A stretch of DNA of 64,000 nt from an uncultured Clostridia bacterium (lineage in GTDB: Bacteria > Bacillota > Clostridia > Christensenellales > UBA1242), in assembly GCA_930979925.1 (NCBI GenBank), contig CAKNIB010000001.1, forward strand, positions 95,597 to 159,596, given 5' to 3'. The notes beneath the pieces were generated by a model. It saw only the letters and a list, made by a program, of their open reading frames with translations, was not told the origin of the DNA and did no database searches. Both the position numbers and the translations under genes were made by a program. Numbering within the stretch: position 1 is the first letter of the stretch; each line of letters begins with the position of its first letter. Shown in pieces: positions 40,483 through 50,745 of the stretch.

Positions 40483-41775
40483 ATGATAGATATAAATTTG
40501 ATAAGAACCAATCCAGAACTTGTAAAAAACAATATAAAAAAGAAGTTCCAGGACCAAAAACTAGAGTATGTTGATAAAGTATTAATACTTGATGAAAAGA
40601 TTAAAGCCTTAAAAAAAGAGGGTGATGATTTAAGAGCAAGCAGAAATTCTTTAAGTAGCCAAATTGGGCTATTAATGAGAGATAAAAAGCTTGACGAGGC
40701 AAACAAAATAAAGGCTCAGGTAGTTGCTAACAATCAAAGAATTGAAGCTATAGAAGAAGAGGAAGGAAAACTTTCTCAAGAGCTCAAAACATACATGATG
40801 TCAATTCCTAACATTATTGCTGATGATGTTCCTATAGGTAAGGATGACAGTGAAAATGTTCAGAGATTAACTGTTGGGGAGGCCAAAGTTCCAAATTTTG
40901 AAATACCTTATCATGCTGATATTTTAGAGAGCCTAAATGGACTTGACCTTGACAGTGCTAGAAGAACTAGTGGTAATGGATTTTATTATCTTACTGGAGA
41001 TATAGCAAGATTGCATTCTTCAATTCTTTCTTATGCAAGAGACTTTATGATTAATAAAGGATTTACCTATTGCATACCACCATTTATGATTAGAAGTGAT
41101 GTCGTAAATGGCGTCATGAGCTTTGATGAAATGGAAAATATGATGTATAAAATTGAGGGCGAAGACCTATATTTAATAGGTACAAGTGAGCACTCAATGA
41201 TTGGCAGATTTAAAAATACAACATTAAAAGAAGATAATTTGCCTTTGCTTTTAACATCTTATTCTCCTTGTTTTAGAAAAGAAGTTGGCGCTCATGGCAT
41301 TGAGGAACGTGGTATTTATCGCGTACATCAATTTGAGAAACAAGAGATGATTGTTATATGCAAACCAGAAGACTCAATGATGTGGTACAATAAAATGTGG
41401 CAAATTTCATCTGAGTTTTTCGCAACTTTAGATATACCACATGAAGTTATGGAATGTTGCAGTGGCGACCTTGCTGATTTAAAGGTTAAATCATGTGATA
41501 TAAACGCTTGGAGCCCGAGACAAAAGCGTTATTTTGGTGAACTTGGTTCTTGCTCAAACTTATCGGATGCACAAGCACGTCGTTTAGGAATAAAATTTAA
41601 GACAGATAAAGAGACTAAATTTGTTCATACTTTGAACAATACTGTAGTTGCTCCACCAAGAATGTTAATAGCATTCTTAGAAAATAATTTAAATGAAGAC
41701 GGAAGCGTTAATATTCCAGCTGTTCTTAGACCATATATGGGCGGTCAAGATAAGATTTGTCCTAAGAAAAAGTAA
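40483..41775 (+). CDS. serS: Seryl-tRNA synthetase
   Basis: N-terminal coiled-coil arm. Class II motifs SPCFRKEVGAHG and RVHQFEK. Confidence 0.95.
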   Translation: MIDINLIRTNPELVKNNIKKKFQDQKLEYVDKVLILDEKIKALKKEGDDLRASRNSLSSQIGLLMRDKKLDEANKIKAQVVANNQRIEAIEEEEGKLSQELKTYMMSIPNIIADDVPIGKDDSENVQRLTVGEAKVPNFEIPYHADILESLNGLDLDSARRTSGNGFYYLTGDIARLHSSILSYARDFMINKGFTYCIPPFMIRSDVVNGVMSFDEMENMMYKIEGEDLYLIGTSEHSMIGRFKNTTLKEDNLPLLLTSYSPCFRKEVGAHGIEERGIYRVHQFEKQEMIVICKPEDSMMWYNKMWQISSEFFATLDIPHEVMECCSGDLADLKVKSCDINAWSPRQKRYFGELGSCSNLSDAQARRLGIKFKTDKETKFVHTLNNTVVAPPRMLIAFLENNLNEDGSVNIPAVLRPYMGGQDKICPKKK

Positions 41776-41837
41776 AAAATAAGAAATGATACCTAGTAGT
41801 AGATACCAAAGTTTTTTAGTAATCAAAAAGGTTTATA

Positions 41838-42812
41838 ATGGTAAAATTAAATGTTTCAAAAGAATTAATTGATAAAATAGCTGATCAACAAAATGACAAG
41901 TATTTAAAGTCAACACATAATTTGATTTGCAAAATAATGGGAGAGACTTTAAAGGATTTATCAAGCAAAACTTCTTTTGTATCCATGGATAATGTAGTTT
42001 TTCAGCCAGCAAATGAGCTTGTTAGCGGTGCTTTTATTGATGGCTCTGTTTTTACATACTTATTAGGTGTACAAAATGTGCAATTAGAGATTAATACAAG
42101 TAGATCTGCTAGTTTTTGGAAAAATTTAAAGGATAGACTCACATTTGCATGGGATAATCGTAAGACATTTATACGCAAAAAGAAACACAAAAAGAGAAAA
42201 AAAGATAAGAATAAAGAGTTAGGAATAAACGAAGAAAAATTTAAAATTGACCCATTAAAGTATACTATTAATGATTTAGCTGAAGATGCTCAGAAAACTA
42301 TTATTAACTATCTATCAGAGACAAGCTTAGTTTATTTAAATAAAAACTTGTTACAAATAATCGGGAAAGATGATTTTGGCTCCAACACACAAATTTTTAT
42401 CTATGTAGTAAACTATGATGGAGTTTATTTTAAGCAATTTGCCGGGAAGAAAAAAGGTTTTATAAATATTGATATAGACTCAAGAATAGATAGCTTAACC
42501 AAAAAGATTGATGAAGTAGGCGATAATTTTATCAAAATTTTAAAAATCTTTAACTCATTATATTTTAACACAAATGGTAATATGTGTAATCAAGTGTTTC
42601 TAGAAAGTATATTATGTTCATGTCCAGACGATTTATTTGAAGGCGATGAAATATATAAAGTTTTTCTTAAACTAATTAATCATATCTCTATAATATCACT
42701 CAAAGACATAAAATCAATAAACAATCCAAACTTAACAATTTTTAAAGATGAAGTATGTGGCAATTGTATATTAAATTTTAATAAGATGCTTAGTAGAGTT
42801 TTGTCAAAATAA
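41838..42812 (+). CDS. Hypothetical protein with OAS/CD-NTase-like nucleotidyltransferase-fold signatures and a degenerate catalytic dyad
   Basis: FIDGSVFTYLLGVQNVQLEINTS (a G-S loop, then a Q-x-E strand) and C-terminal FIKILKIFN...NQVFLESIL (hhRhLKhW...S..LE-like). Poly-K insertion RKKKHKKRKKDKNKE. Confidence 0.4.
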   Translation: MVKLNVSKELIDKIADQQNDKYLKSTHNLICKIMGETLKDLSSKTSFVSMDNVVFQPANELVSGAFIDGSVFTYLLGVQNVQLEINTSRSASFWKNLKDRLTFAWDNRKTFIRKKKHKKRKKDKNKELGINEEKFKIDPLKYTINDLAEDAQKTIINYLSETSLVYLNKNLLQIIGKDDFGSNTQIFIYVVNYDGVYFKQFAGKKKGFINIDIDSRIDSLTKKIDEVGDNFIKILKIFNSLYFNTNGNMCNQVFLESILCSCPDDLFEGDEIYKVFLKLINHISIISLKDIKSINNPNLTIFKDEVCGNCILNFNKMLSRVLSK

Positions 42813-43408
42813 TATCGTAATTAACTTAAGTCGTTTATTATAATTAATACTGATATTTGTATAAACAATATTAAACAAAGGTTAAATGAAACTGGTTTAA
42901 ATTGTGTAGATATAAAAATATAGAAATAGATGCAAAGCATCATTAACTAGTATGCAAATTATAAATATAATTTGAACATAAAAAAATTTTAAATACAAAT
43001 ATAGCATTATAAACGAAAAAAATGAAAAATTAAAATTATTAAAAAATAACAAAATACTAGTGTTTTATTTGCTAGTATGCACTCTTATTTGCGTAAAACT
43101 TGTGTTTTACGCATAGATATAAGTGTTTTTTAATTTAATAAATTTTTAAAATTTGGAGCGCCCCACTCGCGTTTTTTACAAACATCCCTTTTGTTACAAT
43201 ATATGAAATTTTGTTTTAATCCCCCAATATCATCATTTTATCCCCTAAATTGTCTTTTTAAATAGTTAAGTGTACTTGGTTTTTTATTATTAACTTGCCA
43301 CATGCTTTTAATAGTAATTACAAATAATTAACAATAAATTTACCACCCTACACATTTTGTACAAATAATGATAGAATTATTGTCAAAAATGAAGAAAACC
43401 ATCTTACA

Positions 43409-43993
43409 TTATAAAACATTGGTTGTTAGTAAAAAACTAAAATCTTTTAACTTTAATTTAAGTTGCTTATAATTTGGTAAATACCCTTCTACTAAAGCCC
43501 AGAACCTTTTAGAATGGTCGAAATGTCTACCATGACAAAGTTCATGTATTATGATGTAGGTTGCTAATTCTATTGGTAATATTACTATTTTCCAATTTAA
43601 CTTCATCTTTTTCTTTTGTTCAAGGCTCCCCCATATGCGTTTAGAATTGGTTATAGATAACTTAGTATAAGATAAGTTGCACTCTTTAGATAGTTGCTCT
43701 ACTAACGGAATAATTTTGCTTTGAAAAGCTTTAATATAAAATTCCTTTTTGTCTTGCTGTAGATTGTAAGCCTGGTTAAATAAGTATACATTATTTTTAA
43801 AGTCATATTTACTTTTAAATTTGTTGATAGTTTCTATCTTTTGTTTTTGCTTGTTTATCCAAGATTGTTTAGATGTAATAAACTCCTGTATTTTAGTGTC
43901 TGATAGATGCTTAGGAGCTTTAATTAGCAAATCTCCATTATCAGTTACTCGCATACTTAAATTTTTATATCTACCCTTTATAATTTTTATCAT
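43409..43993 (-). CDS. DUF45/YgjP-like zinc metallohydrolase (M48/WLM-like, HExxH)
   Basis: YIIIHELCHGRHFDHSKRFWALV. N-terminal beta-hairpin KNLSMRVTDNGDLLIKAP. ATG 43993 is preferred, with TATAAT 7 nt upstream and no SD. Confidence 0.75.
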   Translation of the reverse strand: MIKIIKGRYKNLSMRVTDNGDLLIKAPKHLSDTKIQEFITSKQSWINKQKQKIETINKFKSKYDFKNNVYLFNQAYNLQQDKKEFYIKAFQSKIIPLVEQLSKECNLSYTKLSITNSKRIWGSLEQKKKMKLNWKIVILPIELATYIIIHELCHGRHFDHSKRFWALVEGYLPNYKQLKLKLKDFSFLLTTNVL

Positions 43994-44042
43994 GTAATAT
44001 ATTATAACTATTATCATTAAAAATTCAAAATATTTTGACTAG

Positions 44043-44067
44043 TATGCATGACATAATACTATATAAA
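44043..44067 (+). repeat. Recurrent intergenic motif, copy B (TATGCATGACATAATACTATATAAA)
   Basis: 21/23 identical to copy C over GCATnnCATAATACTATATAAA. Overlaps the third CTAGTATGCA decamer. Confidence 0.8.
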
Positions 44068-44094
44068 CAAATATCAAAAATTGCTTAAATTTTG

Positions 44095-44123
44095 TTGACT
44101 AAACTTAAAGTTTAGATTATAAT
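44095..44123 (+). promoter_or_regulatory. Promoter of the PadR-4TM gene with an embedded perfect 17-bp palindrome
   Basis: TTGACT, 17 nt, TATAAT. CTAAACTTAAAGTTTAG (44099-44115) fills the spacer, consistent with an autoregulatory operator. Confidence 0.65.
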
Positions 44124-44140
44124 CATTTTAGAGGTTTAGT

Positions 44141-45934
44141 ATGGAATTATATGCTAAAGGACAATTATCATTTCTAATATTAAATTGTTTGCAAGAGAGA
44201 GACTTTTACGGTCTTGATTTTATTAGCGAAATTTATAAAAAATCTAATGGAAGAATTGAGTTAAAAAAGCCTAGTGTGTACTCAAATTTAACTCGTATGG
44301 AAAAGCAAGGTTATGTTTCTTCATATTTAAAAAGCAGCGATCTGGGTCCAAATCGCAAATACTACTCTTTAACTGAAAAAGGCCGAGAATTCTATCAAGA
44401 GCTAGAAGATTATTTTAGAAGAAACAACATAGATGTTTTCAGAGACTTTAAAGATGAGGATGATAAAGAGATTAAAATAAATGATAACTCGGATGTAACT
44501 GAGTACGACCATAACAAAAATATTAATTTTTCACAATATACCGATAATTCTGAAGCAGAAAACGAAGATAATGATTATTTTGATTTTTCTGGAATTGATG
44601 ATAGCAATAATACTAACAATGGCTCTGTTGAAACAGATAAAAGTGCGAGCACATTAGATAATAAATATAGCGAAAATGTTTCAAACCGAGTTGATACAAA
44701 TACATATTCTATAAAGTCATTGTTAACTACTACAGATATAAACAGCACTGAAGAATCTGATTTTGTAAGCAAAGTAAATCAGGAGGATGAGAAAATAACA
44801 AGTCCTTCTACAGAATTCATAGACAAGCAAGAACAACTTGTTGCTCAAGAAGTAGCAAAAGAAGAGAAAAAAGATGATGCTGTATTTTTGGATAGAAAAG
44901 ATGTTGAAGAATATAATAAAAGACTATATGATATTTCTAAGGATATAAACAAATATAAAAGAAAGAAAAGTTTTGCTGAAGACCAAATTGCTTTCTCAGT
45001 TGACAGCCCTACCCCGATAAGTCAATCTAATGAAAAGACTAAGGCAAATATAGAAGAACTTAAAAATTCTATAATGGAAAATAAAGGCAAATATGGCGAA
45101 AGCTTGCGAGAAAACTATATTAGTCAATCTTCCTATAGATTTAACAAAAACACCCAATCCTATCAAGATGTAATTGGTAGTTCGAGAAAAAATGATAACG
45201 AAGTGCCAGATGATGGTAAATTTATCACAAGTCGTTTAGATGGCTCGCAAGTGGCTCATGCAAGGAAAATAGAACCTCCGAGGCTTAAGATAGTTACAGA
45301 AACAAGAACTAGCACATCAAGTATGCCAGCTCCTAAACGTGACGTTACAATAGATCCATCACACAAAGAGATATTATCTAAACTATACTCCAAAACAAGG
45401 ACTGGAAATTCTGAGGAAGTGCGCGAAGATGCTCTTTATGATTATAATGACTTAAAGGATTTTTATAACGACCAAAATATTTCCTTTAATGTATACAAAA
45501 AGCCAGCTGAAAAGACTGAGCATAATACAAATAAGCTCTATTTAATTGTTTCTCTGATAACTTTCTTTGTTTCGAGTGCCTTTTCAGCTATCATTTATGC
45601 GATACTTGCTGGAAGCGATCTTATAAATAGCAATACAAACTTTTTATATATTTTACTACCTGCTCTACTGTTGGTGAATATAGCAGTAAAATTTTATAAT
45701 TATAAAAAGTATCAAGGCTGGATGCCAAATCCAATGTTACAACAATGGAAGGTTTGGGGAATTGCCTTTTTGTTATCAGCACTTGTTGTAGGATTAAACT
45801 TTATTTTCGGTATGTCGCCTACAAGATTTGCCGAATTTGCTACAACTACTATCCTTCCTATTGTGCTTATATTTATAATATTACCTTTGAGGTATTATGT
45901 AAAGCGATATCTTTTAATTAAATATTGGAAATAA
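44141..45934 (+). CDS. PadR-family winged-helix regulator fused to a ~370-aa disordered linker and a C-terminal 4-TM domain
   Basis: N-terminus LSFLILNCLQERDFYGLDFISEI...PSVYSNLTRMEKQGYV...RKYYSLTEKGREF. D/E/N/K/S-rich middle. Four hydrophobic helices in the last ~140 aa. Confidence 0.7.
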   Translation: MELYAKGQLSFLILNCLQERDFYGLDFISEIYKKSNGRIELKKPSVYSNLTRMEKQGYVSSYLKSSDLGPNRKYYSLTEKGREFYQELEDYFRRNNIDVFRDFKDEDDKEIKINDNSDVTEYDHNKNINFSQYTDNSEAENEDNDYFDFSGIDDSNNTNNGSVETDKSASTLDNKYSENVSNRVDTNTYSIKSLLTTTDINSTEESDFVSKVNQEDEKITSPSTEFIDKQEQLVAQEVAKEEKKDDAVFLDRKDVEEYNKRLYDISKDINKYKRKKSFAEDQIAFSVDSPTPISQSNEKTKANIEELKNSIMENKGKYGESLRENYISQSSYRFNKNTQSYQDVIGSSRKNDNEVPDDGKFITSRLDGSQVAHARKIEPPRLKIVTETRTSTSSMPAPKRDVTIDPSHKEILSKLYSKTRTGNSEEVREDALYDYNDLKDFYNDQNISFNVYKKPAEKTEHNTNKLYLIVSLITFFVSSAFSAIIYAILAGSDLINSNTNFLYILLPALLLVNIAVKFYNYKKYQGWMPNPMLQQWKVWGIAFLLSALVVGLNFIFGMSPTRFAEFATTTILPIVLIFIILPLRYYVKRYLLIKYWK

Positions 45935-45936
45935 CA

Positions 45937-45970
45937 AAAAAGCAAGGAATTTTAATCGTCCTTGCTTTTT
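45937..45970. terminator. Bidirectional hairpin at the convergence point of + and - strand genes
   Basis: AAAAAGCAAGGA / TCCTTGCTTTTT (12 bp). The right arm lies inside the last codons of the - strand gene. Confidence 0.7.
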
Positions 45971-46578
45971 GTTGATTTAGTAAAAGCGCTTTTGTTGTGT
46001 TTAATTGTAGATAATATGAGGTCGGTTATCATAAATACAACTATAATAATTAAGGAGACCATAAAAATATATGAAATAGAATTTTCAAAAACTGTACATA
46101 GTAAAGTGATTGCACCAGATGATATTAAAGCCCCCAATGTAATTGCAATAAAACAGCAGTGCATGTTTAGATTTGTCAGTCCTGCAATCAAACTCCCCGT
46201 CCACACTCCAGTAAGAGGAATTGGAACTGCTACAAAAGCGGTTAAAGCAAGATATTTTTTAAAATTTGAAGATTTTCCATCTATGTTTTGACTCTTTGAG
46301 GAGTATCTGCTAAACAGTTTATCTACAACAAAACAAGTTGTCTTCTTTTTTATTTTTCTTACCAAAAACATAATTAGATAGCATGGTACTATGGAGCCTA
46401 TAAAACTCAAAGCAAAAGCTGAAAGTGGAGATAAGGCATTAGTTCCCCAAATAGCAGTATTCATAGCAAGAGGAATCGAAATCTTGCTTTCAAGGGTTGG
46501 GCACATAGCCACAAGTATCACTGCAAGCCATATGCAATTTGCAAAGTTATCTTTAAAAAAGTCTAATATAAAATCCAT
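45952..46578 (-). CDS. Small multidrug-export-like membrane protein (COG2426-like)
   Basis: ESKISIPLA...VAVPIPLTGVWTGSLIAGL. ATG 46578 is preferred because the upstream part of the track ORF overlaps the rny terminator. Confidence 0.6.
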   Translation of the reverse strand: MDFILDFFKDNFANCIWLAVILVAMCPTLESKISIPLAMNTAIWGTNALSPLSAFALSFIGSIVPCYLIMFLVRKIKKKTTCFVVDKLFSRYSSKSQNIDGKSSNFKKYLALTAFVAVPIPLTGVWTGSLIAGLTNLNMHCCFIAITLGALISSGAITLLCTVFENSISYIFMVSLIIIVVFMITDLILSTIKHNKSAFTKSTKSKDD

Positions 46579-46609
46579 AGTACATAATATTAAATAATTA
46601 AAAATATTA

Positions 46610-46670
46610 TGACAAGCATAAAAAATACCTTGATATAATATGTTTTGTTTAACATTCATCAAGGTATTTT
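46610..46670 (-). terminator. Rho-independent terminator of rny
   Basis: Perfect 13-bp arms AAAATACCTTGAT / ATCAAGGTATTTT (46622-46634 and 46658-46670), with a T-run on the - strand. Confidence 0.8.
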
Positions 46671-46687
46671 TATACAAACAATCTTAG

Positions 46688-48277
46688 TTATTTAGCAGTT
46701 TCAGTAACTCTATTTTCTCTAATTACAACTACTTTTATTTGACCTGGATATTGCATTTCATTTTCAATTTTCTTAGCGATGTCCTTTGCCAAAACAATTG
46801 ATTCACTGTCGCTGATTTGTTCTGGCTTAACCATTATGCGGACTTCCCTTCCAGCGGAAATAGCATAAGATTTTTCAACGCCTTTAAATTCATTGCATAT
46901 TCCTTCAAGCTGTTCTAGCCTTTTAATGTAATTTTCAAAGCTTTCTCTTCGAGCACCTGGGCGAGAACTTGAAATAGCGTCTGCCACTTGTACTATGACG
47001 GCCTCTACACTCTTGAAAGGTACATCACCGTGGTGCGCTTGGATACAATGGATAACCTCTTCACTCTCTTTATATTTTTTGCAAAGGTCAACCCCGATTG
47101 AAACATGAGTTCCTTCTATTTCATGGTCAAGAGCTTTACCAATGTCATGCAAAAGACCACCACGTTTAGCTACTTGTACATTTACATTAAGTTCTGTTGC
47201 AAGAAGACCTGCGATAATAGATGTTTCAATGCTGTGTTTTAAGCAGTTTTGACCATAGCTTGTCCTATATTTTAATCTGCCAAGGACTTTCACGAGTTCT
47301 GGGTTTAGATTATATATGCCAACTTGATTACAAGCATCTTCTCCAGCTTCTTTAATGGTCCTATCCACTTCACGTGATGCTTTCTCGTAAATTTCCTCAA
47401 TTCTTGCTGGATGTATTCTGCCGTCAACTATAAGTTTTTCAAGGCTGAGTCTTGCAACTTCTCGTCTTACTGGGTCAAAACTTGAAATAGTGATGGACTC
47501 TGGTGTATCGTCAACAATAAGCTCAACGCCGGTGACACTTTCAATAGACCTAATATTACGTCCCTCTCTACCAATAATACGACCTTTCATTTCGTCGCTA
47601 GGCAAAGCAACAGTTGTCACTGTAGTTTCTGATGCAGTGTCAGTTGCGCATTTTTGTATGGCAGTGACAACGATATCTCTTGCTATTTTATCTGCGTTCT
47701 CTTTAGCTTCGTCTTCTATGCGCTTAATAATAACGCCAGCGTCTTTCTTTGCTTCTTCTGTCACATTTTCAAGCAGAATATCTTTAGCTTCTTTCTTAGT
47801 TAGTCCAGAAATTTTTTCTAGCTTTTCAAGCATCTGCTCTTTTATTGCTTCGTGTTCTTTAATCTTATCTGCAAGTTGTTGCTTACTAGTTTCTAGTTGT
47901 AATTTTTCATTGTCAAGTTGTTCTGACTTGCTATCAAGAGATGATTCCTTTTTCGTAAGGTATTCCTCTCTTTGATCAAGACGTTCTTCCTGTTTTTGAA
48001 GTTCGCCTCTTCTTTCTTTCACTTCATTGTTTGCTTCGTCTCTAATTTTTTGAGCCTCTTCTCGAGCTTCGAGTTGCGACTCTTTTTTTATGCTCTTTGC
48101 TTCTGCATACGCCTCTTCAATTATCTTTACAGCATTTGTTTTACTCTTGTCAATTTTTTTGTTTACGACAATTTTATAAACTATAGCTCCAAGTATCGCT
48201 CCAACGACTAAAGCGACAACTCCACTAACTACACCGGCGGTAACAGCAGCATTGCATAATATGCTTAAACTGCTCAT
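46688..48277 (-). CDS. rny: Ribonuclease Y
   Basis: N-terminal TM, coiled coil, KH ([10 protein letters not shown]), HD (GLLHDIGK). Confidence 0.96.
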   Translation of the reverse strand: MSSLSILCNAAVTAGVVSGVVALVVGAILGAIVYKIVVNKKIDKSKTNAVKIIEEAYAEAKSIKKESQLEAREEAQKIRDEANNEVKERRGELQKQEERLDQREEYLTKKESSLDSKSEQLDNEKLQLETSKQQLADKIKEHEAIKEQMLEKLEKISGLTKKEAKDILLENVTEEAKKDAGVIIKRIEDEAKENADKIARDIVVTAIQKCATDTASETTVTTVALPSDEMKGRIIGREGRNIRSIESVTGVELIVDDTPESITISSFDPVRREVARLSLEKLIVDGRIHPARIEEIYEKASREVDRTIKEAGEDACNQVGIYNLNPELVKVLGRLKYRTSYGQNCLKHSIETSIIAGLLATELNVNVQVAKRGGLLHDIGKALDHEIEGTHVSIGVDLCKKYKESEEVIHCIQAHHGDVPFKSVEAVIVQVADAISSSRPGARRESFENYIKRLEQLEGICNEFKGVEKSYAISAGREVRIMVKPEQISDSESIVLAKDIAKKIENEMQYPGQIKVVVIRENRVTETAK

Positions 48278-48359
48278 TTTCGTCCCTTTTAAGATAGAAA
48301 ATAAATCCTACCATAGATAGTATACAAAATAGTCTGCGTCTTGTCAAATAAATCAAAAA

Positions 48360-48417
48360 GAAAAATAAAATAAAAAACAAAGATTATTTATGATGAAAAA
48401 TTTCTTAATAATCTTTG
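48360..48417 (-). terminator. Rho-independent terminator of tgt
   Basis: CAAAGATTATT / AATAATCTTTG 11-bp stem, with a long T-run on the - strand. Confidence 0.7.
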
Positions 48418-48450
48418 CATTAAATATTTGTATTAATTATTAAAATAAGA

Positions 48451-49653
<1,203 letters not shown>

Positions 49654-49686
49654 GTATGATGTATGTCAGATAAAATACAATATATA

Positions 49687-50733
49687 CTATTCTATAAACA
49701 TTGCATCGCCGAAAGAGAAAAATCTGTATTTTTCTTTAACAGCTTCACGATATATGTGCATGGTTTCATCATACCCTGCAAAAGCCGATACTAACATTAT
49801 TAATGTGCTTTCTGGTAAATGAAAATTTGTTATAAGAGCGTCGACAATCTTAAATTTATAGGATGGATAAATAAAAATGTCGGTTTCTCTCTTTTGTGGC
49901 ACGATTTTGCCATTATCATCAGCACAACTCTCTAAAACTCTTACTGAGGTTGTGCCAACTGCGATAATACGTCTCCCCTCTTGTTTTGCTCTGTTAAGCT
50001 TATTTGCGTTTTCTTCGGTCATTTCAATGTACTCACTGTGCATTTCATGATTTAGTATGTTATCCTCTTTTACTGGTCTAAAGGTTCCTAGGCCAACATG
50101 GAGTAAAACTTCAATTATTTCCACTCCTTTGTCTTTTATTTTAGTTAAAAGCTCTTTGGTAAAATGAAGTCCAGCTGTTGGAGCTGCAGAAGAGCCTTCA
50201 ACTTTTGAGTATACCGTTTGATAACGTTCCTTATTTTTTAATTTTTCGTGGATATATGGAGGAAGTGGCATTTGTCCAACTTCACTAAGTCTATCTTCAA
50301 AAACGCCGTCAAAGTCAAATCTTATTTTACAGCTTCCATAATCTCCTTTTTCAACGACTTCACAAGAAAGATTGGTTGAAAAGGTCACTTTTGTTCCAAC
50401 AGATAATCTTTTGAAGGGTTTAGCAATAACCTCCCAATTCTTTAGGTCAATTCTTTTTTGAAGTAACACCTCTATTTTGGCGCCAGTATCCTTGTATCCA
50501 AAAAGTCGTGCAGGTAATACTCTCGTGTTATTTATAACAAGAACATCTCCTTTGTTAAGATAATCAACAATATTTCTGAAAATTTTATGTTCTATTTGAC
50601 CATTTTTTCTATGATAAACGAGGAGTCTCGAACTATCTCTTGGCTCTACTGGCGTTTGCGCAATCAGCTCTTCTGGCAGCTCGTAATAATAACTGCTTTT
50701 TAAAAATAAATCTTTATTTTCAATATTACTCAT
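49687..50733 (-). CDS. queA: S-adenosylmethionine:tRNA ribosyltransferase-isomerase
   Basis: [28 protein letters not shown]. Confidence 0.95.
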   Translation of the reverse strand: MSNIENKDLFLKSSYYYELPEELIAQTPVEPRDSSRLLVYHRKNGQIEHKIFRNIVDYLNKGDVLVINNTRVLPARLFGYKDTGAKIEVLLQKRIDLKNWEVIAKPFKRLSVGTKVTFSTNLSCEVVEKGDYGSCKIRFDFDGVFEDRLSEVGQMPLPPYIHEKLKNKERYQTVYSKVEGSSAAPTAGLHFTKELLTKIKDKGVEIIEVLLHVGLGTFRPVKEDNILNHEMHSEYIEMTEENANKLNRAKQEGRRIIAVGTTSVRVLESCADDNGKIVPQKRETDIFIYPSYKFKIVDALITNFHLPESTLIMLVSAFAGYDETMHIYREAVKEKYRFFSFGDAMFIE

Positions 50734-50745
50734 AACTTTTCTCTA

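Noticed and set aside
43385-43425. Canonical Firmicute dif-like right arm (TATAATGTAAGAT on the - strand)
   Set aside because: Only the XerD-arm half resembles dif (about 8/11). The left arm and inner symmetry do not match, and the site lies at or within the 3' end of the DUF45 ORF.
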